A stretch of 64,000 bases of DNA, taken from IMG/VR virus record IMGVR_UViG_3300046786_000447. One strand, written 5' to 3'. This DNA comes from an uncultured virus (IMG/VR IMGVR_UViG_3300046786_000447). Taxonomy: Duplodnaviria; Heunggongvirae; Uroviricota; Caudoviricetes. Under the pieces are notes generated by a model that had not been told where the DNA came from, ran no database searches, and saw nothing but the letters and a program-made list of their open reading frames with translations. This document shows, in pieces, positions 18,280 to 27,426 of the stretch. The stretch's first letter is position 1, and every line of letters begins with the position of its first letter. A program made the position numbers and the translations under genes.

Positions 18280-18327
18280 GGAGGGGGGCAGGTGGACATT
18301 TCCTACTTTCACCACTTGCCCTCTTCC
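18280..18327 (+). ncRNA. 16-bp hairpin with anti-SD/anti-AUG loop
   Basis: stem fully paired, with 3 G-U pairs on plus strand; loop ACATTTCCTACTTTCA. Confidence 0.5.
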
Positions 18328-18362
18328 CCAATTTTTGGTATAATCAACTGTGAGGTATAACT

Positions 18363-18566
18363 ATGAGAAAAATGCGACATAGCATAACAAATGAAGAGAA
18401 GGTGGCTCAAAAGATAGATAGTTTGATTTCAGATGTAAGATTAGACATTGACTCCATTGGAATGTATTTTGGACAGATGTCATCAATCACTGGCTACTAT
18501 CGTCTTGAGAACATCGTAGAAGCAGCACGAGCAGAGAGAGAAGACAATGGCAAACGAATCTGGTAA
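18363..18566 (+). CDS. hypothetical protein
   Basis: TGGTATAAT promoter plus GAGG RBS. Confidence 0.65.
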   Translation: MRKMRHSITNEEKVAQKIDSLISDVRLDIDSIGMYFGQMSSITGYYRLENIVEAARAEREDNGKRIW

Positions 18567-18819
18567 GACAGCAATAGAAAATAAGATGGCTATTCTTTCA
18601 GAACTATGGCTTAACTATAGGAACGAAGAAGAGTTTAATGATTTTATTACTTATAACGACTTGGCACTGCCATTGGCGTTTGCTGTAGATGCTGGTATTG
18701 TAGAGGTTAATCCTAAGATTGAGACATTCGTCAATGAGTGTTGGGATTTGCTGCTTACAGGACTAGACACTAAAGACACAGGCTTTGATACACTTGACGA
18801 TTTGTTAGATTCGGAGTAG
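18547..18819 (+). CDS. hypothetical protein
   Basis: ORF track. Confidence 0.65.
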   Translation: MANESGKTAIENKMAILSELWLNYRNEEEFNDFITYNDLALPLAFAVDAGIVEVNPKIETFVNECWDLLLTGLDTKDTGFDTLDDLLDSE

Positions 18820-18828
18820 AATAGAACT

Positions 18829-19182
18829 ATGACAACCCCTACATTAGAACATAGAGACGAATTAGACTCTATCATTAATAAACTACATACACTAAATGAT
18901 GTCCTTTTCCCTAGCCTTGTATGGCTATGGGTATGGGATGTTATCAATACCTTCTATACAGATGAAGAACTATATATTCGTACATCAGATATTGTATGGG
19001 AAGCCCTGGTCTCCAATACCCCTGCCTTTACCCTTGAGTATGGTACAGAACAACTCTACGAAGAGGTAAGAGATTGGATGTTCAATAATAGTCTAATGAT
19101 TGATATCTCAGATATGGATTCAGAAGAGATTGAAAAATGGACGGCAGACAAGGAGCATGGAACATATGTCCAAGGTAGATAA
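18829..19182 (+). CDS. hypothetical protein
   Basis: ORF track. Confidence 0.6.
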   Translation: MTTPTLEHRDELDSIINKLHTLNDVLFPSLVWLWVWDVINTFYTDEELYIRTSDIVWEALVSNTPAFTLEYGTEQLYEEVRDWMFNNSLMIDISDMDSEEIEKWTADKEHGTYVQGR

Positions 19183-19369
19183 GCACCTAAGAGATTATAC
19201 AGAAACAGAACTATTAGAAACGATCTGCGAGTTCTGCCTAGACCCTGAGATGAATATGGCAGAATATATGTGTCCTAACTGCAGCAAGGATAATGAGATT
19301 ATCTGTGTTGAGTGTTGTGGTTGCTTTGAGGACGAAACCATGTTAGACTATGTAATGTCAATAAGTTAG
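19100..19369 (+). CDS. Cys-rich hypothetical protein
   Basis: several CxxC motifs; start uncertain. Confidence 0.55.
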   Translation: MISQIWIQKRLKNGRQTRSMEHMSKVDKHLRDYTETELLETICEFCLDPEMNMAEYMCPNCSKDNEIICVECCGCFEDETMLDYVMSIS

Positions 19370-19631
19370 GAAAAAGTATGGAAACCTTTTTAAAAGAACG
19401 CATCGCTGAACTGAAGGAATCAATGGAAGGATTGGATATCAATGATAGTCTTAATGATTATCTTGAGGGAGCCATTGATGCATATGAAATAGTATTGGGG
19501 AAGATAAATGGATAAGGTATATTACTGGTCAGACCTAGCTGAATTAAACCATGATACACAGGTAGAGGAATTTGGCTTCTGCCTATGTGAAGATGGACCA
19601 CCTAGTTATAGTAACTGTCCTAAATAAGATT

Positions 19632-19653
19632 AGCCACCTTCGGGTGGCTTTTT
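19632..19653 (+). terminator. intrinsic terminator ending the early region
   Basis: AGCCACC-TTCG-GGTGGCT followed by T-run. Confidence 0.85.
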
Positions 19654-20412
19654 CTTTACCCCAAAGGGCGTGGTAATTTTTAGCCTCCTTTACGAAGGAC
19701 CTCAAAAAATCGCTGGAACTTTTGGATTATAACATTACGATCCCCCATTGTCAAATTGGTGTATAATAATATTATGAGTCCTAGAAACCATTTCTTCCAA
19801 GTGTCATATCCAAAAGCTGCTCAACAGCAAAGAGATGATCACAATGAGATGTCTCTATTTGTATGGCATGCCTTTACGAAGTATACTGGGATTCAGAAGC
19901 TCTTTTCATTTACCGTGCTACCCCTACAAAGCCAGGTATCTGATAAGACTAACTCTAACTCAAATGTAAAGTAGAAAGGATCTCAATGATCATGGTAGAA
20001 CTACTACCTGGGGTGGTCCCCATTTAACGGGGGGATTACGAAGAAGCATCTATATCCCCTATAGTACTAATAAGAGAACATTCTCTGAGGTTTGTCCAAA
20101 TAAGGATATTGTTATATTAAATTATTTAATTTTTATATAACGTTATTCCAAATTTGGACAAATTTCTTTTTGCAGACATTACGATGCATAGCACAATATC
20201 CCTGATTTGTCAAATATAACAATTTGATAACTATGACAAATGTCACAATTTGATAACAATTTGGATATGCCTGATTTGACAATTTGGTCAATTTGTGGTA
20301 GGGGGCTGTCCCGAAAATGATTACGAGGGCTATTAAAGATGCTCAATACTCCACTATCATCCACTTCCATCCACTTTAACCCTGTATAACAAACTAAACA
20401 GTAATATCTACT

Positions 20413-20529
20413 TGTGGATAAACCTGTGGATAACTATCTCTAAAACCTAACAAACCATCTTAAAACCTAACAAATCAGACATTACGAACCTAACAAACAT
20501 ATCTCCAAAACCTAACAACCTGTGGATAA
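20413..20529. repeat. three DnaA boxes flanking four AACCTAACAA direct repeats (origin- or terminus-like)
   Basis: TGTGGATAA at 20413, 20425 and 20521; AACCTAACAA x4 between them. Confidence 0.7.
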
Positions 20530-20630
20530 CTTATCATCTTAAGGTACTATAACACCTCAAAGATGCTATACTAAAAGTATGTTTAAAAGCTTTCTAAAAT
20601 ACTTTCTAGTATCCTTCACAGCCACATTGG

Positions 20631-20987
20631 TTATTTTGTCGGGGTACGCTTATTTGATATCTCTATAGCCTTATTGACCATACGGATCAAAGTCTTCTTA
20701 CGTATCCGTCTAGCATCGAATGTCTCAGTATAACCTGATTGAGGCATATCCTTCTTACTAAGATAATAGCCATGTCTTTCTCTTAGTGTTTTTAGTACTA
20801 TAGATTCTACGTGTCTTGCCTTATCCCGTTCGAAAAAGTGCCAATAGGATACTAGCTTCCATCCCTTGGTCCTATGGGCCTTGAACCTGCTATTGGCTAT
20901 ATCTGCTATCCCAATTTTGATAGCATTGAACTCCTCGTGATAGAGGATGTACAGGATAGCTTCGTTCATAGTATAAGTATAGTCCAT
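20631..20987 (-). CDS. GIY-YIG-like (T5orf172-type) nuclease
   Basis: LYIL...IKIGI...R...E...G.TETF. Confidence 0.6.
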   Translation of the reverse strand: MDYTYTMNEAILYILYHEEFNAIKIGIADIANSRFKAHRTKGWKLVSYWHFFERDKARHVESIVLKTLRERHGYYLSKKDMPQSGYTETFDARRIRKKTLIRMVNKAIEISNKRTPTK

Positions 20988-21137
20988 GCTATAATTGAAT
21001 TATGGAAAAATGTGCATACTGTGATAAGCCAGCAGCGTTCTGGGACATAGCAGAGATTAAGAAGGATACCTTCGGCTATGTTGATGTATGTCGTTGCCAC
21101 TTGAATCTGGAAGCAACTTCATAATATGGAGCTTATT

Positions 21138-21389
21138 CTATTCTACGGATTCTTCTTTGTCCTGGGTCTCATCAGCATCTACCATCAAATAAGTAAGCTT
21201 CGAAAGGTCATAGTACCTTTCAAAAATGATGTAGAACTTAATTAAATCAAGAGTCAAGGCTTTCTCATGAAGATCAACCTCAAAGCCAAGTCCCCATCCA
21301 CCCTTTGTGCCTAGATAGATTGCTAACTTATTAAATACATTGACATGGATAGACCCATACCAAGTCTTACTGAATGTTATTCTTGACAT
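21138..21389 (-). CDS. hypothetical protein
   Basis: ORF track; operon. Confidence 0.55.
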   Translation of the reverse strand: MSRITFSKTWYGSIHVNVFNKLAIYLGTKGGWGLGFEVDLHEKALTLDLIKFYIIFERYYDLSKLTYLMVDADETQDKEESVE

Positions 21390-21591
21390 TCATAAGCCCT
21401 TCTGCTAGTTCTGCAGCGTAAGCACATGTCTCATGCTCACACTCATTGTCTGCCTTATAGTCGTCACAAGGCTTCTTGTCTAGAATCTTGATTACTGTCT
21501 CTAGGGCTGATCGGAATCCTCTATTGTATTCCTGTTCCCCGATTTTGTTGAAATCCTCTAGTCGCATGTTTGCTAGGTTATTGATGTCCAT
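21367..21591 (-). CDS. hypothetical protein
   Basis: ORF track; operon. Confidence 0.6.
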   Translation of the reverse strand: MDINNLANMRLEDFNKIGEQEYNRGFRSALETVIKILDKKPCDDYKADNECEHETCAYAAELAEGLMNVKNNIQ

Positions 21592-21763
21592 TGTCTTCCT
21601 TTACGTTAAATTGTGTTCTTAGGTACTGTGCGTACTTCCTTCCAAATTGGAAGCACCACTCTTGTGGCATATTTGAGCTCTTCTTGATGTCTAGACCAAG
21701 ATTACGCTCTATGTGCTGGATGATTAGTTCTGCCTTATCCATTACTTCCTGTACCCCTTCCAA
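21578..21763 (-). CDS. hypothetical protein
   Basis: ORF track; operon. Confidence 0.5.
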   Translation of the reverse strand: MEGVQEVMDKAELIIQHIERNLGLDIKKSSNMPQEWCFQFGRKYAQYLRTQFNVKEDNGHQ

Positions 21764-21880
21764 AATACAAATACATGTCTACCAAAATAAATATCTATGC
21801 CCTTATACTTTGGATGTAGGTCAATGCAGAATCCATAGAATTTGCTAGAATCAAATCTGTTTGGCCCATAGTGTCTATAT

Positions 21881-22351
21881 TTAATCATCTTCGCTCCCAA
21901 TTATGTGTACCTCTAGTTTACCACTAGCCTGCATTTCCTGTACCCATCCTGCAGCCCATTCATCCATCTCAGCACGTGCAGCAACCTCTTCAGGAGCATT
22001 ATAGTCATATGCCATCTCTTTAGCATGCCACTCACGTACGGTCTCCAGTGCCTCGTCTAGGCTCTTAAAGTCCTGGCTACGTCCTTCTTCACAGAATACG
22101 TATGAGTAGATGCAGACATTCATAATAGGGACCTCAGATGGATTCTCAGAACGATCCCAATAGTTTCCGTACTCTACGCTAATCCAGCCTTCAGAAGACT
22201 TACAGTGCCCTTCGTAGGAGAAATAGTGCTGGTATGCTTCATCTAGCAAACGGCTAATCTCTTGTAGTTTTTCAGTATTGTCCAATTTCTTACTTTCTTC
22301 TATGTTGTGGTTCATGCATTTTCCTTGTGTGTAACCCAGTAGTATTGGCAA
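21881..22351 (-). CDS. hypothetical protein
   Basis: ORF track; real start probably MNHN. Confidence 0.6.
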   Translation of the reverse strand: MPILLGYTQGKCMNHNIEESKKLDNTEKLQEISRLLDEAYQHYFSYEGHCKSSEGWISVEYGNYWDRSENPSEVPIMNVCIYSYVFCEEGRSQDFKSLDEALETVREWHAKEMAYDYNAPEEVAARAEMDEWAAGWVQEMQASGKLEVHIIGSEDD

Positions 22352-22794
22352 CGGTCACAGCATGGTTCATTGTTAGGACTGATAACAGCCTTAGCAAAGT
22401 TATGGTAGTAGATATCGTCTTTACGATACAGGTTAGCCTTGTGTGTGGTAGTAACCTTAGCCATAATGTTCTTATCGTTATACCACTTAGGCAGTCCATT
22501 ACCCCATTGGTCGATTGTACGTACACGTAGTTGGATTAGGTTATCTTTGTTCTTATCAGTCTTAATACCCCTGCGATCTGCCTCACGTAGCATGGCTAGG
22601 ATATAGTCAAATAGGGTATTCTCATAGCCACGCCACATCTTAACAGCAGGGTGGTTACGCCATCCAGCTCTAGGGTCAGGATTCATAAGTACATTCATAA
22701 TCTGGTAGCCCTCTAGAATTTGCTTATTAAGACGCTTAGAGTCTAGTGCATGGGCAGACTTATCGAAGTCTTTGTATGGTAAAAAAGTTTGCAT
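22312..22794 (-). CDS. pyrimidine-dimer DNA glycosylase / endonuclease V-like (MSMEG_6728 family)
   Basis: MQTFLPY...LD.KRL.KQ..E..QI...W..HPAVKMWRGY. Confidence 0.85.
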   Translation of the reverse strand: MQTFLPYKDFDKSAHALDSKRLNKQILEGYQIMNVLMNPDPRAGWRNHPAVKMWRGYENTLFDYILAMLREADRRGIKTDKNKDNLIQLRVRTIDQWGNGLPKWYNDKNIMAKVTTTHKANLYRKDDIYYHNFAKAVISPNNEPCCDRCQYYWVTHKENA

Positions 22795-22889
22795 GTTCTT
22801 CTCTCGTTTAACGGAAACCTTATATAACCAGTATACTAGAGAATAGGGCTTGTGTCAAGCCTATGTAACCTCTTATTTACCGCCGAGCT

Positions 22890-23447
22890 TTACAGCTCAG
22901 AAGGAACCCAAAGAACATCATTTCCGCCGTTTGCAACCCTAGCGAGAACGAACATTAAGTCAGATAATCTATTTAGATACTTTGGCACAAGAAGGTTAGT
23001 GTCTCCCTCTTGCTTTACGATCTCCCAAACAGCCAGCTCAGCCTCTCTGACCTCACAGCGAGCAACGTGCAGGTTAGCAGCGAATGGCGTACCACCAGGA
23101 AGCACAAATGATGTTAGATTAGCTAGCTTAGCATTGTAAGCATCAATCAAGTTTTCTAGACCAACAATATGGCCCTCAGTAATTCTCAAAGCCTTGTCAC
23201 GTCTTGTATTAGTAGGAACAGATAGGTCAGCACCAAGATCAAACAGGTCATTCTGCACATGCTGAAGGATTACTGCAATACCTGGAGTTTTGCATTCAGT
23301 TGCTGCAAGTCCAATGTATGAGTTTGCTGTATCTACCTTGCCAATTGCTCTAATGCGAAGGCTGTTCTTTTCAACTCTATCTAGGTTACCCAGAGATGTG
23401 TGACCTACGTCACCTGTCTTGGTGTAAATCTTAGTTAGTCTAATCAA
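22890..23447 (-). CDS. pduO: ATP:cob(I)alamin adenosyltransferase (PduO type)
   Basis: KIYTKTGD.G.T, QNDLFDLGADL, FVLPGG, LH.AR..VR.AE, YLNRLSDLMF. Confidence 0.95.
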   Translation of the reverse strand: MIRLTKIYTKTGDVGHTSLGNLDRVEKNSLRIRAIGKVDTANSYIGLAATECKTPGIAVILQHVQNDLFDLGADLSVPTNTRRDKALRITEGHIVGLENLIDAYNAKLANLTSFVLPGGTPFAANLHVARCEVREAELAVWEIVKQEGDTNLLVPKYLNRLSDLMFVLARVANGGNDVLWVPSEL

Positions 23448-23654
23448 TTATTCCTCTTCCGAAATTTCATCTAAGTAGTCCTCAAATAAGGCTACGATCT
23501 CTTCTATATAATCATCATACTCTATATCAAGGATAATGTGTCCATCAGGCATTTTGTGGATTTTGATGTCCTGCCCTATCCTGAATAGCACATCGCCTAT
23601 CTTGTCGTATAAGTTCATAATGCAAGTATACACGATTTCTGGTATGATTGTTAC

Positions 23655-24473
23655 ATGAGACAATGTGTTGCTTTTTCATTCGATATGAATTACTATGACG
23701 GTGCCTGTGTGGCAGTAAAGTCATTCCTAGATAATTACCATGGTACAGATGTACTAGATGTTTTCTGTTTGGTTAGACCAGACATGATGGACAAGAGAGC
23801 TGAGTTTGTTAGAGATATTGGTAATCCCAATAATGCACAGATTCACTTTGCCTATTCCCAGAAATTTTTTGATATTGTTGAGAAGCCTAGTCTAAACGGT
23901 TCTTTACACATTTCAAGCCATGCATGGCAAAGACTATGGATGGGCTCAATCCTTGATACATACGATAAGGTTATCTATGTTGATGTTGATACTATTACAC
24001 TTAGAGATGTTCAGCCAATGCTAGATTATCCATTGCGTAACAAGTTCTTGGCCGTACTAGAACATTCTGATGCCAACTTTGAGATTTTTGGCACCTACGA
24101 TAGACCATACTTTAACGATGGTGTGTTCATTACTGACCTTAACTACTGGCGTGAGATTGATATGGAAGCTTTGGTTGTTAAGGATATCCAAGAGCGTGGT
24201 GAAACTCTCTATATTGACCAAGATGCACTTAACTCAATTATCATTGATCATTGGTCACCTTTGCCAATTAGCTTTAACACTCTTTCTTGGACACACCAAG
24301 ATAAGATATACTCAAAGAAGAATTGTGACCCAATCATTGTTCACTTTGTATCATCGCCTAAGCCTTGGCAGGGGTCAGACTATTCTGAGTCTCCTTGGGT
24401 AGCAAACTGGCATGAGAAATTCAAGGAAGTTGAGTGGAATCGTGAAAACGAATCAATCTTTGAAAGTGCTTGA
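23655..24473 (+). CDS. glycosyltransferase family 8
   Basis: KVIYVDVD, YFN.GV, DQDALN, IVHF...KPW. Confidence 0.9.
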   Translation: MRQCVAFSFDMNYYDGACVAVKSFLDNYHGTDVLDVFCLVRPDMMDKRAEFVRDIGNPNNAQIHFAYSQKFFDIVEKPSLNGSLHISSHAWQRLWMGSILDTYDKVIYVDVDTITLRDVQPMLDYPLRNKFLAVLEHSDANFEIFGTYDRPYFNDGVFITDLNYWREIDMEALVVKDIQERGETLYIDQDALNSIIIDHWSPLPISFNTLSWTHQDKIYSKKNCDPIIVHFVSSPKPWQGSDYSESPWVANWHEKFKEVEWNRENESIFESA

Positions 24474-24628
24474 TATGCCTGAATGGAAGTCTAAGGTGCT
24501 AAATGCAGTAGCTTGGCTTCTTGGTATGCGTGGAGAGAATGTAGCATGCATTACTTTTAATTTTGATTATAGAGATATTGATGCATATAAACAGCATGTC
24601 TGCCAAGACTGCGGAAAGGAAGAATGTA

Positions 24629-24952
24629 ATGTCTGCAAAAAAGACTAAAGAAGTACTTAATGAAATAGATGGGGTAAAGCTAGAACATAGCGAAGTTACT
24701 CTACATGTTGGACACGAGAAGGGCACTTGTCAAGAATTCTGGTGTACCCTACACAATCGATCACCACACCCTATGCGTTATATGATGCAATTCTGGCGTA
24801 CAGACAAGCAAATGATGGAGCGTATTTGTTCTCATGGAGTTGGACACCCTGACCCAGATGAGTTAATTACAAAAGATTGGACCCATGGATGTGACGGTTG
24901 TTGCGATATTGCTATGGAATATCTTCGTATGAATAAGCGTCTTGACGTTTAA
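24629..24952 (+). CDS. hypothetical protein
   Basis: ERICSHGVGHPDPD...HGCDGCC motif. Confidence 0.65.
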   Translation: MSAKKTKEVLNEIDGVKLEHSEVTLHVGHEKGTCQEFWCTLHNRSPHPMRYMMQFWRTDKQMMERICSHGVGHPDPDELITKDWTHGCDGCCDIAMEYLRMNKRLDV

Positions 24953-25460
24953 TAGCAACCTGAATGCCCTCGTAATCTAAACTGGCATTCTTTTTATTAT
25001 TGCAATAACCATGTGATGGCCTGGCATTCTCAAGAGTGTCAGGTCCTCCTTTTGACAGTGGCATTAGGTGATCAATCTGCAAACCATATTCCCAACCATC
25101 TTTTCCACACTGTCTTGGTGCATTAAAGTCAATAGGCTTATTACAAATGTGGCAGTCTGAACCATACATGTCTATTACCTGCTGGTCTGTGTAATAGCCC
25201 ACCTCTACGCCTAGACTTCGTGCTCTACGCCTACTAGAGGATCTATTGTGTTCTAGTGCCTGACGCTTTCTCCAGGCCCTTCTGAGGACATTTATCTCGC
25301 TATTACGTTCCCGTCTCTGAAGCTTCCAGTGGGCCTTCATAGCCTCTCTACAAGGGTCACAGGGGATTTCTTTTAGCTTACGTGTGTGTAGGTTGTACCC
25401 ACTCATTGTCCCATGCTCTATGCTAGTCAAGAACCACCACACAATACTGTGAGGTTGCAT
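24912..25460 (-). CDS. HNH endonuclease
   Basis: CHIC...IDHLMPLSKGG...N..PSH..CN..K; start uncertain. Confidence 0.85.
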   Translation of the reverse strand: MQPHSIVWWFLTSIEHGTMSGYNLHTRKLKEIPCDPCREAMKAHWKLQRRERNSEINVLRRAWRKRQALEHNRSSSRRRARSLGVEVGYYTDQQVIDMYGSDCHICNKPIDFNAPRQCGKDGWEYGLQIDHLMPLSKGGPDTLENARPSHGYCNNKKNASLDYEGIQVAIKRQDAYSYEDIP

Positions 25461-25779
25461 CTATCTTTGCATGTGCAAGTTTATTTGTTTGTGGCAAAAA
25501 TACAAATTTGCTAGGGTTTAGCTCTATATAATTAAACTTATTTAAGATAAAGCTTAGTGATCCAACATTGTAATACTTGTATATGTCATTATCATAGAAA
25601 AAGTTTGATATTTTTATCTTAAAAATTGTGAGAGGATCCGTGTGTTCATAGGGGCTTTCTTTTATACCAGTCATTGGTATATTTATTGGACTAGACATAT
25701 CTACCCCTGCCTCTAAAGCTTGTTGTATAACAATTCCAAACTTTGATGGTTCTGTAATAAAATTATTTATTTCACTCAT
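25423..25779 (-). CDS. hypothetical protein
   Basis: ORF track; coupled to neighbour. Confidence 0.5.
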   Translation of the reverse strand: MSEINNFITEPSKFGIVIQQALEAGVDMSSPINIPMTGIKESPYEHTDPLTIFKIKISNFFYDNDIYKYYNVGSLSFILNKFNYIELNPSKFVFLPQTNKLAHAKIDATSQYCVVVLD

Positions 25780-26633
25780 TTAATATTTGCCTTCTTGCAT
25801 ATAAAATCTGCATAAAAATCATGGAAAGATTCTCCAGGATGTACATTGTCTTTGGCTATAAGAGAATATTTTTTTCCCTTGTTCTTAACAGTATCATATT
25901 TAAACACTGCTTCTTCCATTTCGCTTTCACTGAAGTAATGAAATGTTTCAAAATCTTTTAGAATTTTAATTGTCTCATCACCAAGTTGCTGAGACCAATC
26001 ATCTCTTTCCTCTGTAGTTCCTGGATAATACTTCTTTTCATCTTGATCTGGATAAATACTTTTAGCTTCTCCACCCTTAAATGTAGTGACATCGTCTGGC
26101 TTTAACGGCCATCCAAAAACTGGAATCTCCCAAGTAAAACTATAAAGCTTAATATTGTTTGACTTACAGTATTGCTCAAGCCAAGAGTATGATCTCCATA
26201 CCATAAGCTGAACATGCTTATAGTCATTTCCACAATACTCTAAATCTCTAGAAGCATTTGGAAATAGAATATAGATTTCATCTGGGTTTCCATAGTTATA
26301 GATATACTTAAATATTTGATCAACAATATCTGTTATTGATAGTCCAGATACACCAATGTTGTAGTATCCAGAAGTTCCAGACATTCTTTGATGTGTCTTA
26401 TATGCCCAAGTTTCTTCTGGCTCTAGGGCTTCTCCTGAAGTAAAAGAACAGCCAGCAAATATTACATGCTTACCGTCATGGTTTTTTGTAAACTCATCAC
26501 AGCGATACAACCATTCTGCACCAATCCAAGAATTTAGTTTATATCCAATCTCATTACGGATTGGCTTACCTTTACTATCATCAATTTGTCTTATTTCTTT
26601 TAGATGTGCATTTGGTCCTGTAAAGTGTTGCAT
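25776..26633 (-). CDS. SGNH-hydrolase-like protein
   Basis: FAGCSFT, N.GVSG, D.VHP; paralog of 48600-49541. Confidence 0.6.
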   Translation of the reverse strand: MQHFTGPNAHLKEIRQIDDSKGKPIRNEIGYKLNSWIGAEWLYRCDEFTKNHDGKHVIFAGCSFTSGEALEPEETWAYKTHQRMSGTSGYYNIGVSGLSITDIVDQIFKYIYNYGNPDEIYILFPNASRDLEYCGNDYKHVQLMVWRSYSWLEQYCKSNNIKLYSFTWEIPVFGWPLKPDDVTTFKGGEAKSIYPDQDEKKYYPGTTEERDDWSQQLGDETIKILKDFETFHYFSESEMEEAVFKYDTVKNKGKKYSLIAKDNVHPGESFHDFYADFICKKANIK

Positions 26634-26739
26634 AAAGTTTTCCTGTTCTATCACTATATATTCTACCATGAATACGAATTGTGGCGATACCGTTTCTGAT
26701 ACCGCCACAACTCATCTATATTCAATTGTTATTTAGTTA

Positions 26740-27318
26740 TTAGTTTGGGAACTTACCCATCCATTCCTTTACCAAAGAAGTAACTCCGTGCCATGCAGAC
26801 CAGTTTTGGCCTCCATCCGACATGAAGTAGGCAATCTCAGCATTCACAATTGGATCATACAGATCTGTATATGATTTCAAGTCGAACTTGTCCAATCGAT
26901 CCTGCCCAAGCGAACCAATCATATTGATTTGAAAAATTCCATATGAATTGTCTCCTGTGCTTGCGTTACGATTGTGAGCCATTGGTCGCCCATTGGACTC
27001 CTTCATCGCAATTGCCCATGCTTCCTTTAGATCTTTGCCACGGAACCCAACGCTGTATAAAACATCCTTGAGTTCTTGAGCCGTAAGCATGTCATTAGTG
27101 TCATACTTTGTCTTAGAAACGGTTTTTGCTGTGATTGCAGCCTGTTCTAAGGGGCTTGGCTTTGTTGTCACGCTAACATTCAAATACTTAGGTGCTGTAT
27201 TTGAAGAAGCAGTTAGTGTGGCAGCGTTAGCGTTTGCACTTGAAGCAACAAATGCCAACATAACGACAATGGTACTAAAGGCAAGGCCAATCTTACCGTT
27301 GTTTTCTGGTTGTATCAT
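26740..27318 (-). CDS. secreted lytic transglycosylase (SLT/lysozyme-like)
   Basis: signal/TM segment; AIAMKES, SYGIFQIN, W.AW. Confidence 0.85.
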   Translation of the reverse strand: MIQPENNGKIGLAFSTIVVMLAFVASSANANAATLTASSNTAPKYLNVSVTTKPSPLEQAAITAKTVSKTKYDTNDMLTAQELKDVLYSVGFRGKDLKEAWAIAMKESNGRPMAHNRNASTGDNSYGIFQINMIGSLGQDRLDKFDLKSYTDLYDPIVNAEIAYFMSDGGQNWSAWHGVTSLVKEWMGKFPN

Positions 27319-27426
27319 TCGCTTCCTCCTTAAGAAAGACAAAGACACCTTTTAAGGGGTGTCCTTGTATATACTATTCTATCAGCTATTGATATTGATG
27401 TCAAATATTAGATTATAAAATGTGAA

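Noticed and set aside
8100..19650. Integron, DGR or retron interpretation of the modular early region
   Set aside because: No integrase, reverse transcriptase, attC structure or TR/VR pair in the window
9702..20034. TGGTCCCC..TTTAACGGG hairpin seen at 9702 and 20014
   Set aside because: Only two copies; probably simple terminator-like hairpins
19756..20370. ORFs 19756-19974 and 20179-20370
   Set aside because: Lie in the repeat-rich region with no recognisable motifs; not supported, though a short leaderless ORF from 19773 cannot be excluded
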